Assembly (NCBI RefSeq): GCF_009914755.1
Contig: NC_060945.1
DNA from: the human T2T-CHM13v2.0 reference genome, Homo sapiens
DNA length: 64,000 nt
Direction: 5' to 3' (one strand)
Positions within the stretch are counted from its first letter, which is position 1. Every line of letters starts with the position of its first letter. The notes beneath the pieces are model-generated. The model was not told the origin of the DNA, searched no databases, and saw only the letters and a program-made list of their open reading frames with translations. Shown piece after piece: positions 18,001-31,500 of this stretch. The translations under genes and the position numbers were made by a program.

Positions 18001-21000
18001 TTAGGTACATAAAATATGAAAGTACATCAAATATAGATTATATACTGTACATTAAATACCAAAGTACCCCAAATATATAATTTATACTGTACATGAAATA
18101 TCAAAGTTCACAAACTATATATTATATACTGTACATAAATTATCAAAGTACCCAAGGTATATATTCTATACTGTACAAAAAATATGAAAGTACCCAAAGC
18201 ATGTATTATATACTGTACATAAAATATGTAAGTACATCAAATATATATTTTATTCTGTACATAATATATCAAAGTACACCAGATATATATTCTATAGTGT
18301 ACATAAAATAACAAAGTACACAAACTATACATTATATACTGTACATAAAATATGAAATTACATCAAATATATATTAGGTACATAAAATATGAAAGAACAT
18401 CAAATATAGATTATATACTGTACATAAAATATCAATGTACCCCAAATATATATTTTATACTATACATGAAATATCAAAGTTCACAAACCATATATTGTAT
18501 ACTGTACATAAAATATCAAAGTACCCAAGGTATATGTTCTATACTGTACAAAAAATATCAAAGTACCCAAAGCATGTATTATATACTGTACATAAAATAT
18601 GAAAGTACATCAAATATATATTTTATTCCGTACATAAAATATCAAAGTACACCAGATATATATTCTATAGTGTACATAAAATATAAAAGTACACAAACTA
18701 TACATTATATACTGTACATAAAATATGAAATTACATCAAATATATATTATATAAGGTACATAAAATATGAAAGTATATCAAATATAGATTATATACTGTA
18801 CATTAAATACCAAAGAACCCCAAATATATATTATATACTCTACATGAAATATCAAAGTTCACAAACTATATATTATATACTGTAAATAAAATATCAAAGT
18901 ACCCAAGGTATATATTCTATACTGTACAAAAAATATCAAAGTACCCAAAGCATGTATTATATACTGTATATAAAATATGAAAGTACATCAAATATATATT
19001 TTATTCTGTACATAAAATATCAATGTACACCAGATATATATTCTATAGTGAACATAAAATAACAAAGTACAAAAACTATAAATTATATACTGTACATAAA
19101 ATATGAAATTACATCAAATATATATTAGGTACATAAAATATGAAAGTACATCAAATATAGATTATATACTGTACATAAAATATCAATGTACCCCAAATAT
19201 ATATTTTATACTCGACATGAAATATCAAAGTTCACAAACCATATAATATATACTGTATACAAAATATCAAAGTACCCAAGGTATATATTCTATAGTGTAC
19301 AAAAAATATCAAAGTACCCAAAGCATGTATTATATACTGTACATAAAATATGAAAGTACATCAAATATATATTTTATTCTGTACATAAAATATCAAAGTA
19401 CACCAGATATATATTCTATAGTGTACATAAAATATCAAAGTACCCAAACTATACATTATATACTGTACATAAAATATGAAATTACATCAAATATATATTA
19501 TATTAGGTACATAAAATATTAAAGTACATCAAATATAGATTATATACTGTACATTAAATACCAAAGTAATCCAAATATATATTTTATACTGTACATGAAA
19601 TATCAAAGTTCACAAACTATATATTATATACTGTACATATAATATCAAAGTACCCAAGGTATATATTCTATACTGTACAAAAAATATCAAAGTACCCAAA
19701 GCATGTATTATATACAGTACATAAAATAAGAAAGTACATCAAATATATATTTTATTCTGTACATAAAATATCAAAGTACCCAAGGTATATGTTCTATACT
19801 GTACAAAAAATATCAAAGTACCCAAAGCATGTATTATATACTGTACATAAAATATGAAAGTACATCAAATATATATTTTATTCCGTACATAAGATATCAA
19901 AGTACACCAGATATATATTCTATAGTGTACATAAAATATCAAAGTACACAAACTATACATTATATACTGTACATAAAATATGAAATTACATCAAATATAT
20001 ATTATATAAGGTACATAAAATATGAAAGTACATCAAATATAGATTATATACTGTACATTAAATACCAAAGAATACCAAATATATATTATATACTCTACAT
20101 GAAATATCAAAGTTCACAAACTATATATTATATACTGTACATAAAATATCAAAGTACCCAAGGTATATATTCTATACTGTACAAAAAATATCAAAGTACC
20201 CAAAGCATGTATTATATACTGTATATAAAATATGAAAGTACATCAAATATATATTTTATTCTGTACATAAAATATCAAAGTACACCAGATATATATTCTA
20301 TAGTGTACACAAAATAACAAAGTATAAAAACTATAAATTATATACTGTACATAAAATATGAAATTACATCAAATATATATTAGGTACATAAAATATGAAA
20401 GTACATCAAATATAGATTATATACTGTACATAAAATATCAATGTACCCCAAATATATATTTTATACTCTACATGAAATATCAAGGTTCACAAACCATATA
20501 ATATATACTGTACATAAAATATCAAAGTACCCAAGGTATATATTCTATACTGTAAAAAAATATCAAAGTACCCAAAGCATGTATTATATACTGTACATAA
20601 AATATGAAAGTACATCAAATATATATTTTATTCTGTACATAAAATATCAAAGTACACCAGATATATATTCTATAGTGTACATAAAATATCAAAGTACCCA
20701 AACTATACATTATATACTGTACATAAAATATGAAATTACATCAAATATATATTATATTAGGTACATAAAATATGAAAGTACATCAAATATAGATTATATA
20801 CTGTACATTAAATACCAAAGTACCCCAAATATATATTTTATACTGTACATGAAATATCAAAGTTCACAAACTATATATTATATACTGTACATATAATATA
20901 AAAGTACCCAAGGTATATATTCTATACTGTACAAAAAATATCAAAGTACCCAAAGCATGTATTATATACAGTACATAAAATATGAAAGTACATCAAATAT

Positions 21001-21300
21001 ATGTTTTATTCTGTACATAAAATATCAAAGTACACCAGATATATATTCTATAGTGTACATAAAATAACAAAGTACACAAACTATAAATTATATACTGTAC
21101 ATAAAATATGAAATTACATCAAATATATATTAGGTACATAAAATATGAAAGTACATCAAATATAGATTATATACTGTACATAAAATATCAATGTACCCCA
21201 AATATATATTTTATACTCTACATGAAATACCAAAGTTCACAAACCATATATTATATACTGTACATAAAATATCAAAGTACTCAAGGTATATATTCTATAC
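1..21300. repeat. Homogeneous HSat1A core: 378-bp (9x42) higher-order repeat with 373-bp variants
   Basis: Nine distinguishable monomers recur in fixed order (visible as YESTSNID/YQ.TPNIY/YQSSQT/YQSTQG/YQSTQSM/YESTSNIYF/YQSTPD/YQSTQTIH/YEITSN, 126 codons). The CCAGAT marker is present up to ~21040. A recurrent 5-bp deletion gives AAATATATATTAGG instead of AAATATATATTATATTAGG. Confidence 0.9.
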
Positions 21301-24300
21301 TGTACAAAAAATATCAACGTACCCAAAGCATATATTATATTCTGTACATAAAATATCAAAGTAATCCAAATATATATTCTATAGTGTACATAAAATATGA
21401 AAGTACCCAAACTATACATTATATACTGTACATAAAATATGAAATTACATCAAATATATATTATATTAGGTATAGAAAATATTAAAGTACATCAAATATA
21501 GATTATATACTCTACATAAAATACCAAAGTACCCCAAATATATATTTTATACTGTACATGAAATATCAAAGTTCACAAACTATATATTATATACTGTACA
21601 TAAAATATCAAAGAACTCAAGGTATATATTCTATACTGTATAAAAAATATCAAAGTACCCAAAGCATATATTATATTCTGTACATAAAATATGAAAGTAC
21701 ATCAAATATATATTTTATTCTGTACATAAAATATCAAAGTAAACGAAATATATATTCTATACTGTATATGAAATATCAAAGTACCCATACTATACATTAT
21801 ATACTGTACATAAAATATGAAATTACATCAAATATATATTATATTAGGTACATAAAATATGAAAGTACATCAAATATAGATTATATACTGTACATTAAAT
21901 ACCAAAGTACCCCAAATATATATTTTATACTGTACATGAAATATCAAAGTTCACAAACTATATATTATATACTGTACATAAAATATCAAATTACCCAATG
22001 TATATATTCTATACTGTACAAAAAATATCAATGTACCCAAAGCATGTATTATATACTGTACATGAAATATGAAAGTACATCAAATATATATTTTATTCTG
22101 TACAAAAAATATCAAAGTACACCAAATATATATTCTATAGTGTACATAAAATATCAAAGTACCCAAACTATACATTATATACTGTACATAAAATATGAAA
22201 TTACATCAAATATATATTATATTAGGTACATAAAATATGAAAGTACATCAAAATTGATTATATACTGTACATAAAATATCAAAGTACCCCAAATATATAT
22301 TATATACTGTACATGAAATATCAAAGTTCACAAACAATATATTATATACTGTACAAAAAATATCAAAGTACCCAAAGCATGTATTATATACTGTACATAA
22401 AATATGAAAATACATCAAGTATATATTTTATTCTGTACATAAAATATCAAAGTACACCAAAAATGTATTCTATAGTGTACATAAAATATCAAATTACCCA
22501 AACTATACATTATATACTGTACATAAAAGATGAAATTACATCAAATATATATTATAATAGGTACATAAAATATGAAAGTACGTCTAATATAGATTATATA
22601 CTGTACATAAAATATCAAAGTACTCCAAATATATATTATATTCTGTACATGAAATATCAAAGTTCACAAACTATATATTATATACTGTACATAAAATATC
22701 AATGTACCCAAGGTATATATTCTATACTGTACAAAAAATATAAAAGTACCCAAAGCATGTATTATATACTGTACATAAAATATGAAATTACATCAAATAT
22801 ATATTTTATTCTGTACAAAAAATATCAAAGTACACCAAATATATATTCTATACTGTACATAAAATATCAAAGTACCCAAACTATACATTATATACTGTAC
22901 ATAAAATTTGAAATTACATAAAATATATATTATATTAGGTACATAAAATATGAAAGTACATCAAATATAGATTATATACTGTACATAAAATATCAAAGTA
23001 CCCCAAATATATATTATATAGTGTACATGAAATATCAAAGTTCACAAACTATATATTATATACTGTACATAAAATATCAAAGTACCCAAGGTATATATTC
23101 TGTACTGTACAAAAAATATCAAAGTACCCAAAGCATGTATTATATACTGTACATAAAATATGAAAGTACATCAAATATATATTTTATTCTGTACATAATA
23201 TATCAAAGTACACCAAATATATATTCTATAGTGTACATAAAATATCAAAGTACCCAAACTATACATTATATACTGTACATAAAATATGAAATTACATCAA
23301 ATATATATTATAATAGGTACATAAAATATGAAAGTACATCAAATATACATTATATACTGTACATAAAATATCAAAGTACCCCAAACATATATTATATACT
23401 GTACATGAAATATCAAAGTTCACAAACTATATATTATATACTGTACATAAAATATCAAAGTACCCAAGGTATATATTCTATAATGTACAGAAAATATCAA
23501 AGTACCCAAAGCATGTATTATATTCTGTACATAAAATATGAAAGTACATGAAATATATATTTTATTCTGTACATAAAATATCAAAGTACACCAAATATAT
23601 ATTTTATACTGTACATAAAATATCAAATTACCCAAACTATACATTATATACTGTACATAAAATATGAAATTACATCAAATATATATTATAATAGGTACGT
23701 AAAATATGAAAGTACGTCAAATATAGATTATATACCGTACATAAAATATCAAAGTACTCCAAATATATATTATATTCTGTACATGAAATATCAAAGTTCA
23801 CAAACTATATATTATACACTGTACATAAAATATCAACGTACCCAAGGTATATATTCTATACTGTACAAAAAATATCAAAGTACCCAAAGCATGTATTATA
23901 TACTGTACATAAAATATGAAAGTACATCAAATATATATTTTATTCTGTGCAAAAAATATCAAAGTACGCCAAATATATATTCTATACTGTATATAAAATA
24001 TCAAAGTACCCAAACTATACATTATATACTGTACATAAAATATGAAATTACATCAAATATATATTATATTAGGTAAATAAAATATGAAAGTACATCAAAT
24101 ATAGATTATATATGTACGTAAAATATCAAAGTACTCCAAATATATATTATATACTGTACATGAAATATCAAAGTTCACAAACTATATATTATATACTGTA
24201 CATAAAATATCAAAATACCCAAGGTATATATTCTATACTGTACAAAAAATATCAAAGTTCCCAAAGCATGTATTATATACTGTACATAAAATGTGAAAGT

Positions 24301-27300
24301 ACATCAAATATATATTTTATTCTGCACATAAAATATCAAAGTACACCAAATATATATTCTATAGTGTACATAAAATATCAAAGTACCCAAACTATACATT
24401 ATATACTGTACATAAAATATGAAATTACATCAAATATATATTATATTAGGTACAGAAAATATGAAAGTACATCAAATATAGATTATATACTGTCCATAAA
24501 ATACCAAAGTACACCAAATATATATTTTATACTGTACTTGAAATATCAAAAATCACAAACTATATATTATATACTCTACATAAAATATCAAAGTACTCAA
24601 GGTATATATTCTATACTTTACAAAAAATATCAAAGAACCCAAGGCATGTATTATATACTGTACATAAAATGTGAAAGGACATCAAATATATATTTTATTC
24701 TGTACATAAGATATCAAAGTAAACCAAATATATATTCTATACTGTTCATAAAATATCAAAGTACCAAACTATACATTGTATACTGTACATAAAATATGAA
24801 ATTACATAAAATATATATTATACTAGGTACATAAAATATGAAAGTACATCAAAATTGATTATATACTGTACATAAAATATCAAAGTACCCCAAATATATA
24901 TTATATACTGTACATGAAATATCAAAGTTCACAAACTATATATTATATACTGTACAAAAAATATCAAAGTACCCAAAGCATGTATTATATACTGTACATA
25001 AAATATGAAAGTGCATAAAATATATATTTTATTCTGTACATAGAATATCAAAGTACACCAAATATATATTCTATACTGTACATAAAATATCAAAGTACCC
25101 ATACTATACATTATATACTGTACAAAAAATATGAAATTACATCAAATATATATTATATTAGGTACATAAAATATGAAAGTACATCAAATATAGATTATAT
25201 ACTGTACATAAAATACCAAAGTACCCCAAATATATATTTTATACTGTACATGAAATATCAAAGTTCACAAACTATATATTATATACTGTACAAAAAATAT
25301 CAAACTACCCAAGGTATATATTCTGTACTGTACAGAAAATATCAAAGTACCCAAAGCATGTATTATATACTGTACATAAAATATGAAAGTACATCAAATA
25401 TATATTTTATTCTGTACATAAAATATCAAAGTACACCAAATATATATTCTACACTGTACATAAAATATCAAAGTACCCAAACTATACATTATATACTGTA
25501 CATAAAATATGAAATTACATCAAATATATATTATATTAGGTACATAAAATATGAAAGTACATCAAATATAGATTATATACTGTCCATAAAATACCAAAGT
25601 ACCCCAAATATATATTATACACTGTAGATGAAATATCAAAGTTCACAAACTATATATTATAGACTGTACATAAAATATCAAAGTACCCAAGGTATATATT
25701 GTATACTGTATAAAAAATATCAAAGTACCCAAAGCATGTATTATATACTGTACATAAAATGTGAAAGTACATCAAATATATATTTTATTCTGTACATAAA
25801 TTATCAAAGTACACCACATATATATTCTGTAGTGTACATAAAATATCAAAGTACTCAAAGTATACATTATATACTGTACATAAAATATGAAATTACATCA
25901 ATTATATACTATATTAGGTACATAAAATATGAAAGTACATCAAATATAGATTATATACTGTACATAAAATATCAACGTACCCCAAATATATATTATATAC
26001 TGTACATGAAATACCAAAGTTCACAAACTATATATTATATGCTGTACATAAAATATCAATGTACCCAAGTTATATATTCTATACTGTACAAAAAATATCA
26101 AAGTACCCAAAGCATGTAGTATATACTGTACATAAAATATCAAAGTACATCAAATATATATTTCATTCCGTACAAAAAATATCAAAGTCCACCAAATATA
26201 TATTCTATAGTGTGCATAAAATATCAAACTACCCAAACTATACATTATATAGTGTACATAAAATATGAAATTACATGAAATATATATTATATTAGGTACA
26301 TAAAATATGAAAGTACATCAAATATAGATTATATACTGTAGATAAAATATCAAAGTACCCCAAATATATATTATATACTGTACATGAAATATCAAAGTTC
26401 ACAAACTATATATTATATACTGTACATAAAATATAAAAGTACTCAAGGTATATATTCTGTACTGTACAAAAAATATCAAAGTACCCAAAGCATGTATTAA
26501 ATACTGTACATAAAATATGAAAGTACATCAAATATATATTTTATTCTGTAAATAAAATATCAAAGTACACCAAATATATATTCTATACTGTACATAAAAT
26601 ATCAAAGTACCCAAACTATACATTATATACTGTACATAAAATATGAAATTACATCAAATATATATTATATTAGGTACATAAAATATGAAAGTACATCAAA
26701 TATAGATTATATACTGTACATAAAACATCAAAGTACCCCAAATATATATTATAAACTGTACATGAAATATCAAAGTTCACAAACTATATATTATATACTG
26801 TACATAAAATATCAAGGTACTCAAGGTATATATTCTATAATGTACAGAAAATATCAAAGTACCCAAAGCATGTATTATATTCTGTACATAAAATGTGAAA
26901 GTACATGAAATATATATTTTATTCTGTACATAAAATATCAAAGTACTCCAAATATATATTTTATACTGTACAAAAAATATCAAATTACCCAAACTATACA
27001 TTATATACTGTACATAAAATATGAAATTACATCAAATATATATTATAATAGGTACATAAAATATGAAAGTACATCAAATATAGATTATATACTGTACATA
27101 AAACATCAAAGTACTCCAAATATGTATTATATTCTGTACATGAAATATCAAAGTTCACAAACTATAAATTATATACTGTACATAATATATCAATGTACCC
27201 AAGGTATATATTCTATACTGTACAAAATATATCAAAGTACCAAAAGCATGTATTATATACTGTACATAAAATATGAAAGTATACCAAATATATATTTTAT

Positions 27301-29250
27301 TCTGTACATAAAATATCAAATTACACCAAATATATATTCTATACTGTACATAAAATATCAAAGTACCCAAACTATACATTATATACTGTACATAAAATAT
27401 GAAATTACATCAAAAATATATTATATTAGGTACATAAAATATGAAAGTACATCAAATATAGATTATATACTGTACATAAAATATCAAAGTACCCCAAATA
27501 TATATTATATACTGTACATGAAATATCAAAGTTTACAAACTATATATTCTATACTGTACATAAAATATCAAAGTACAAAAGGTATATATTCTATACTGTA
27601 CAAAAAATATCAAAGTACCCAAAGCATGTATTATATACTGTACATAAAATACGAATGTACATCAAATATATATTTTATTCTGTACATAAAATATCAAAGT
27701 ACCACAAATATATATTATATACTGTACATGAAATATCAAAGTTCACAAACTATATATTATATACTGTACATAAAATATCAATGTACCCAAGGTATATATT
27801 CTATACTGTACAAAAAATATCAAAGTACCCAAAGCATGTATTATATACTGTACATAAAATATGAAATTACATCAAATATATATTTCATTCTGTACAAAAA
27901 ATATCAAAGTACTCCAAATATATATTCTATAGTGTACATAAAATATCAAAGTACCCAAACTATACATTATATACTGTACATAGAATATGAAATTACATCA
28001 ATTATATATTATATTAGATACATAAAATATGAAAGTACATCAAATATAGATTATGTACTGTACATAAAATACCAAAGTACTCCAAATATATATTATATTC
28101 TGTACATGAAATATCAAAGTTCACAAACTATATATTATATACTGTACATAAAATATCAATGTACCCAAGGTATATATTCTATACTGTACAAAATATATCA
28201 AAGTACCCAAAGCATGTATTACATACTGTACATAAAATATGAAAGTACACCAAATATATATTTTATTCTGTACATAAAATATCAAAGTACACCAAATATA
28301 TATTCTATACTGTACATAAAATATCAAAGTACCCAAACTATACATTATATACTGTACATAAAATATGAAATTACATCAAAAATATATTATATTAGGTACA
28401 TAAAATATGAAAGTACATCAATTATAGATTATATACTGTACATAAAATATGAAAGTACCCCAAATATATAGTATATACTGTAGATGAAATATCAAAGTTC
28501 ACAAAATATATATTATATACTGTACATAATATATCAAAGTACCCAAGGTATATATTCTATACTGTACAAAAAATATCAAAGTACCCAAAGCATGTATTAT
28601 ATACTGTACATAAAATATGAAAGTACATCAAATATATATTTTATTCTGTACATAAATTATCAAAGTACACCAAATATATATTCTATAGTGTACATAAAAT
28701 ATCAAAGTACCCAAACTATACATTATATACTGTACATAAAATACGAAATTACATCAAATATATATTATAATAGGTACATAAAATATGAAAGTACATCAAA
28801 TATAGATTATATACTGTACATAAAATATCAAAGTACTCCAAATATACATTATATTCTGTACATGAAATATCAAAGTTCACAAACTATATATTGTATACTG
28901 TACATAAAATATCAATGTACCCAAGGTATATATTCTATACTGTACAAAATATATCAAAGTACCCAAAGCATGTATTATATACTGTACATAAAATATGAAA
29001 GTACACCAAATATATATTTTATTCTGTACATAAAATATCAAAGTACACCAAATATATATTCTATACTGTACATAAAATATCAAAGTACCCAAACTATACA
29101 TTATATACTGTACATAAAATATGAAATTACATCAAATATATATTATGTTAGGTACATAAAATATGAAAGTACATCAAATATAGATTATATAGTGTACATA
29201 AAATATCAAAGTACCCCAAATATGTATTGTATACTATACATGAAATATCA
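21301..29250. repeat. More diverged HSat1A 9-mer layer
   Basis: The 9-mer order is retained, but CCAGAT is replaced by CCAAAT, private substitutions are more frequent, and some units lack a monomer (~21340, ~22350, ~24950). Boundaries are approximate. Confidence 0.75.
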
Positions 29251-31075
29251 AAATACACAAACTATGTATTCTATACTGTACATAAAATATCAAAGTACCC
29301 AAAGCATGTATTATATAATGTACATAAAATATCAAACTACACAAATATTTATTGTGAACTCGAAATAAAATATCAAATTAACCAAACTATATAATATATA
29401 TTGTACATAAAAAACCAAAGTACCCAAACCATATATTTTATACTGTACATAAAATATCAAAGTACACAAAATGTATATTCTATACTCTACATAAAATATC
29501 AAAGTACCCAAACATGTATTATATACTGTACATAAAATATCAAAGTACACAAATATTTATTGTTCACTCTAAATAAAATATCAAAGTAACCAAACTATAT
29601 ATTATATATTGTACATAAAAAATCAAAGTACCCAAACTATATATTTTATACTGTACATAAAATATCAAAGTACACCAAATATATATTCTATACTGTACAT
29701 AAAATACCGAAGCACATCAAATATATATTCTATACTGTACATAAAATATCAAACTACCCAAATATATATTGTATACTGTACCTAATATATCAAAGTACCC
29801 AAATTATATATTTTATACTGTACATAAACTATCAAAGTGCCCAAACTATAAATTATATACTGTACATAAAATATGAACTTACATCAAATACATATTATAT
29901 TAGGTACATAAAATATGAAAGTACATCAAATATAGATTATATACTGTACATAATATATCAGAGTACCCCAAATATATATTATATACTGTACATGAAATAT
30001 CAAAGTGTACAAAATATATATTATATACTGTACATAAAATATCAAAGTACCCAAATTATATATTATATACTGTACATAAAATATCAATCTATCCAATGTA
30101 TAGATTATATACCGTACATAAAATATGAAAGCACATCAAATATATATTTTATTCTGTACATAAAATATCAAAGTACACCAAACATATATTCTATACTGTA
30201 CATAAAATATCAAGGTACACCTAATATATATTCTATACTGTACATAAAATATCAAACTTCCCAAACATATATTATATTCTTTACATAATATATCAAAGTA
30301 CCCAAACTATATATTTTATACTGTACATAAAATATCAAAGTACCCAAACTATACATTATATACTGTACGTAAAATATGAAATTACACCAAATATATATTA
30401 TATTAGGTACATCAAATATGAAAGTACATGAAATATAGATTATATACTGTACATAAAATACCAAAGTACCCCAAATATATATTATATACTGTACATGAAA
30501 TATCAAAGTACACAAATTATATATTATATACTGTACATAAAATATCAAAGTATCCGAAGTATATATTATGTACTGTACATAACATATCAAGGTAACCAAA
30601 CTATATATTTTTTAAGGTACATAAAATATCAAAGTACCCAAAGTACATATCATATACTGTACATAACATATCAAAGTAACCATACTATATATTATATACT
30701 ATACATAAAATATGAAAGTACCTAAAGTATATATTATATACTCTACATAAAATATCAATGTTCTGAAACTATATATTATATACTGTACATAAAATAGAAA
30801 AGTACACCACATATATATTCTATACTGTACATAATATAGAAGTACAGGAAATATATATTGTATACTGTACATAAAATATCAAAGTATCCAAACATATATT
30901 ATATAATGTACGTAATATATCAAATTACCCAAACCATATGTTTTATTCTGTACATAAAATATCAAAGTACCCAAACTATTCATTATATACTGTACATAAA
31001 ATATACTGTACATCAAATGTATATTATATTATGTAAATAAAATATGAAAGTATATCAAATATAAATTATATTCTG
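29251..31075. repeat. Degenerate HSat1A edge with largely lost 9-mer order
   Basis: 42-bp monomers persist with small indels and irregular order. There is a local ~208-bp duplication (ACAAATATTTATTG at 29341 and 29549). Confidence 0.75.
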
Positions 31076-31500
31076 AGCTTTCGGAGCAGCCCGGACAGAG
31101 CTCTCATACCTTTCCACCACCCCACCCCGGCCTGACCACCCCCTCCCGAACCCCGTCTCCCACCCCCGTAAAATGCGTCTTCCCTTAGGCTGGGTGAGGA
31201 CCCACGTCCTTCAAAACCTCGGGCCCACCCAGCCTCCAGGCCTGACAACCCTCCGACGGCTCGCCTCCTCTGAGCCTCCACGCCACCGTCGCCGGCCCGT
31301 CCGTGCCCCTGCAGCCTCCCAGCTGCCACCATGGAGTGTCTGGCGGCGGAACGCAGACTTCTAGCCCTCTTTGCCGGCCTCCTGGCTAGACCTGCGCTCA
31401 TTGCGCACCCCGGCTCGCGTGCAAGGGAGTCCGCTGGCCTCTCTGTGCCCTTGTCCGTCTATGAAATTCCGACTGAGGCTCTCCCAACACCTTCCGATGC
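31073..31500 (+). pseudogene. D4Z4-derived 3' fragment: DUX4 intron-2-like and exon-3/pLAM-like sequence
   Basis: Abrupt switch to GC-rich sequence that is colinear with 45500-45926. Contains CCTGGCTAG|ACCTGCGC (exon-3-like acceptor, exon starting at 31390) and resembles the distal D4Z4/pLAM sequence as I recall it. Confidence 0.85.

Larger units (their letters stand above)
1..31075. repeat. Classical human satellite I (HSat1A / SAR), 42-bp monomer array, running off the left edge of the window
   Basis: Tandem 42-bp monomers such as GTACATAAAATATCAAA+GTACCCAAACTATACATTATATACT. Two GTAC (RsaI) sites per monomer give the 17+25 bp pattern of classical satellite I. Very AT-rich and nearly CpG-free. 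The 14-aa periodicity of the ORF track reflects the 42-bp unit. Confidence 0.95.

Noticed and set aside
450-31040. Long Tyr/Ile/Lys-rich ORFs (up to 449 aa) resembling a repeat protein
   Set aside because: The 42-bp monomer is a multiple of 3 and one frame happens to lack stops. ORFs start and stop at random satellite variants, with no gene context.
1-31075. Numerous TATA-like, AATAAA-like and short palindromic (TGTACA, ATATAT) motifs
   Set aside because: They are inevitable in this AT-rich monomer, and nothing indicates regulatory function.
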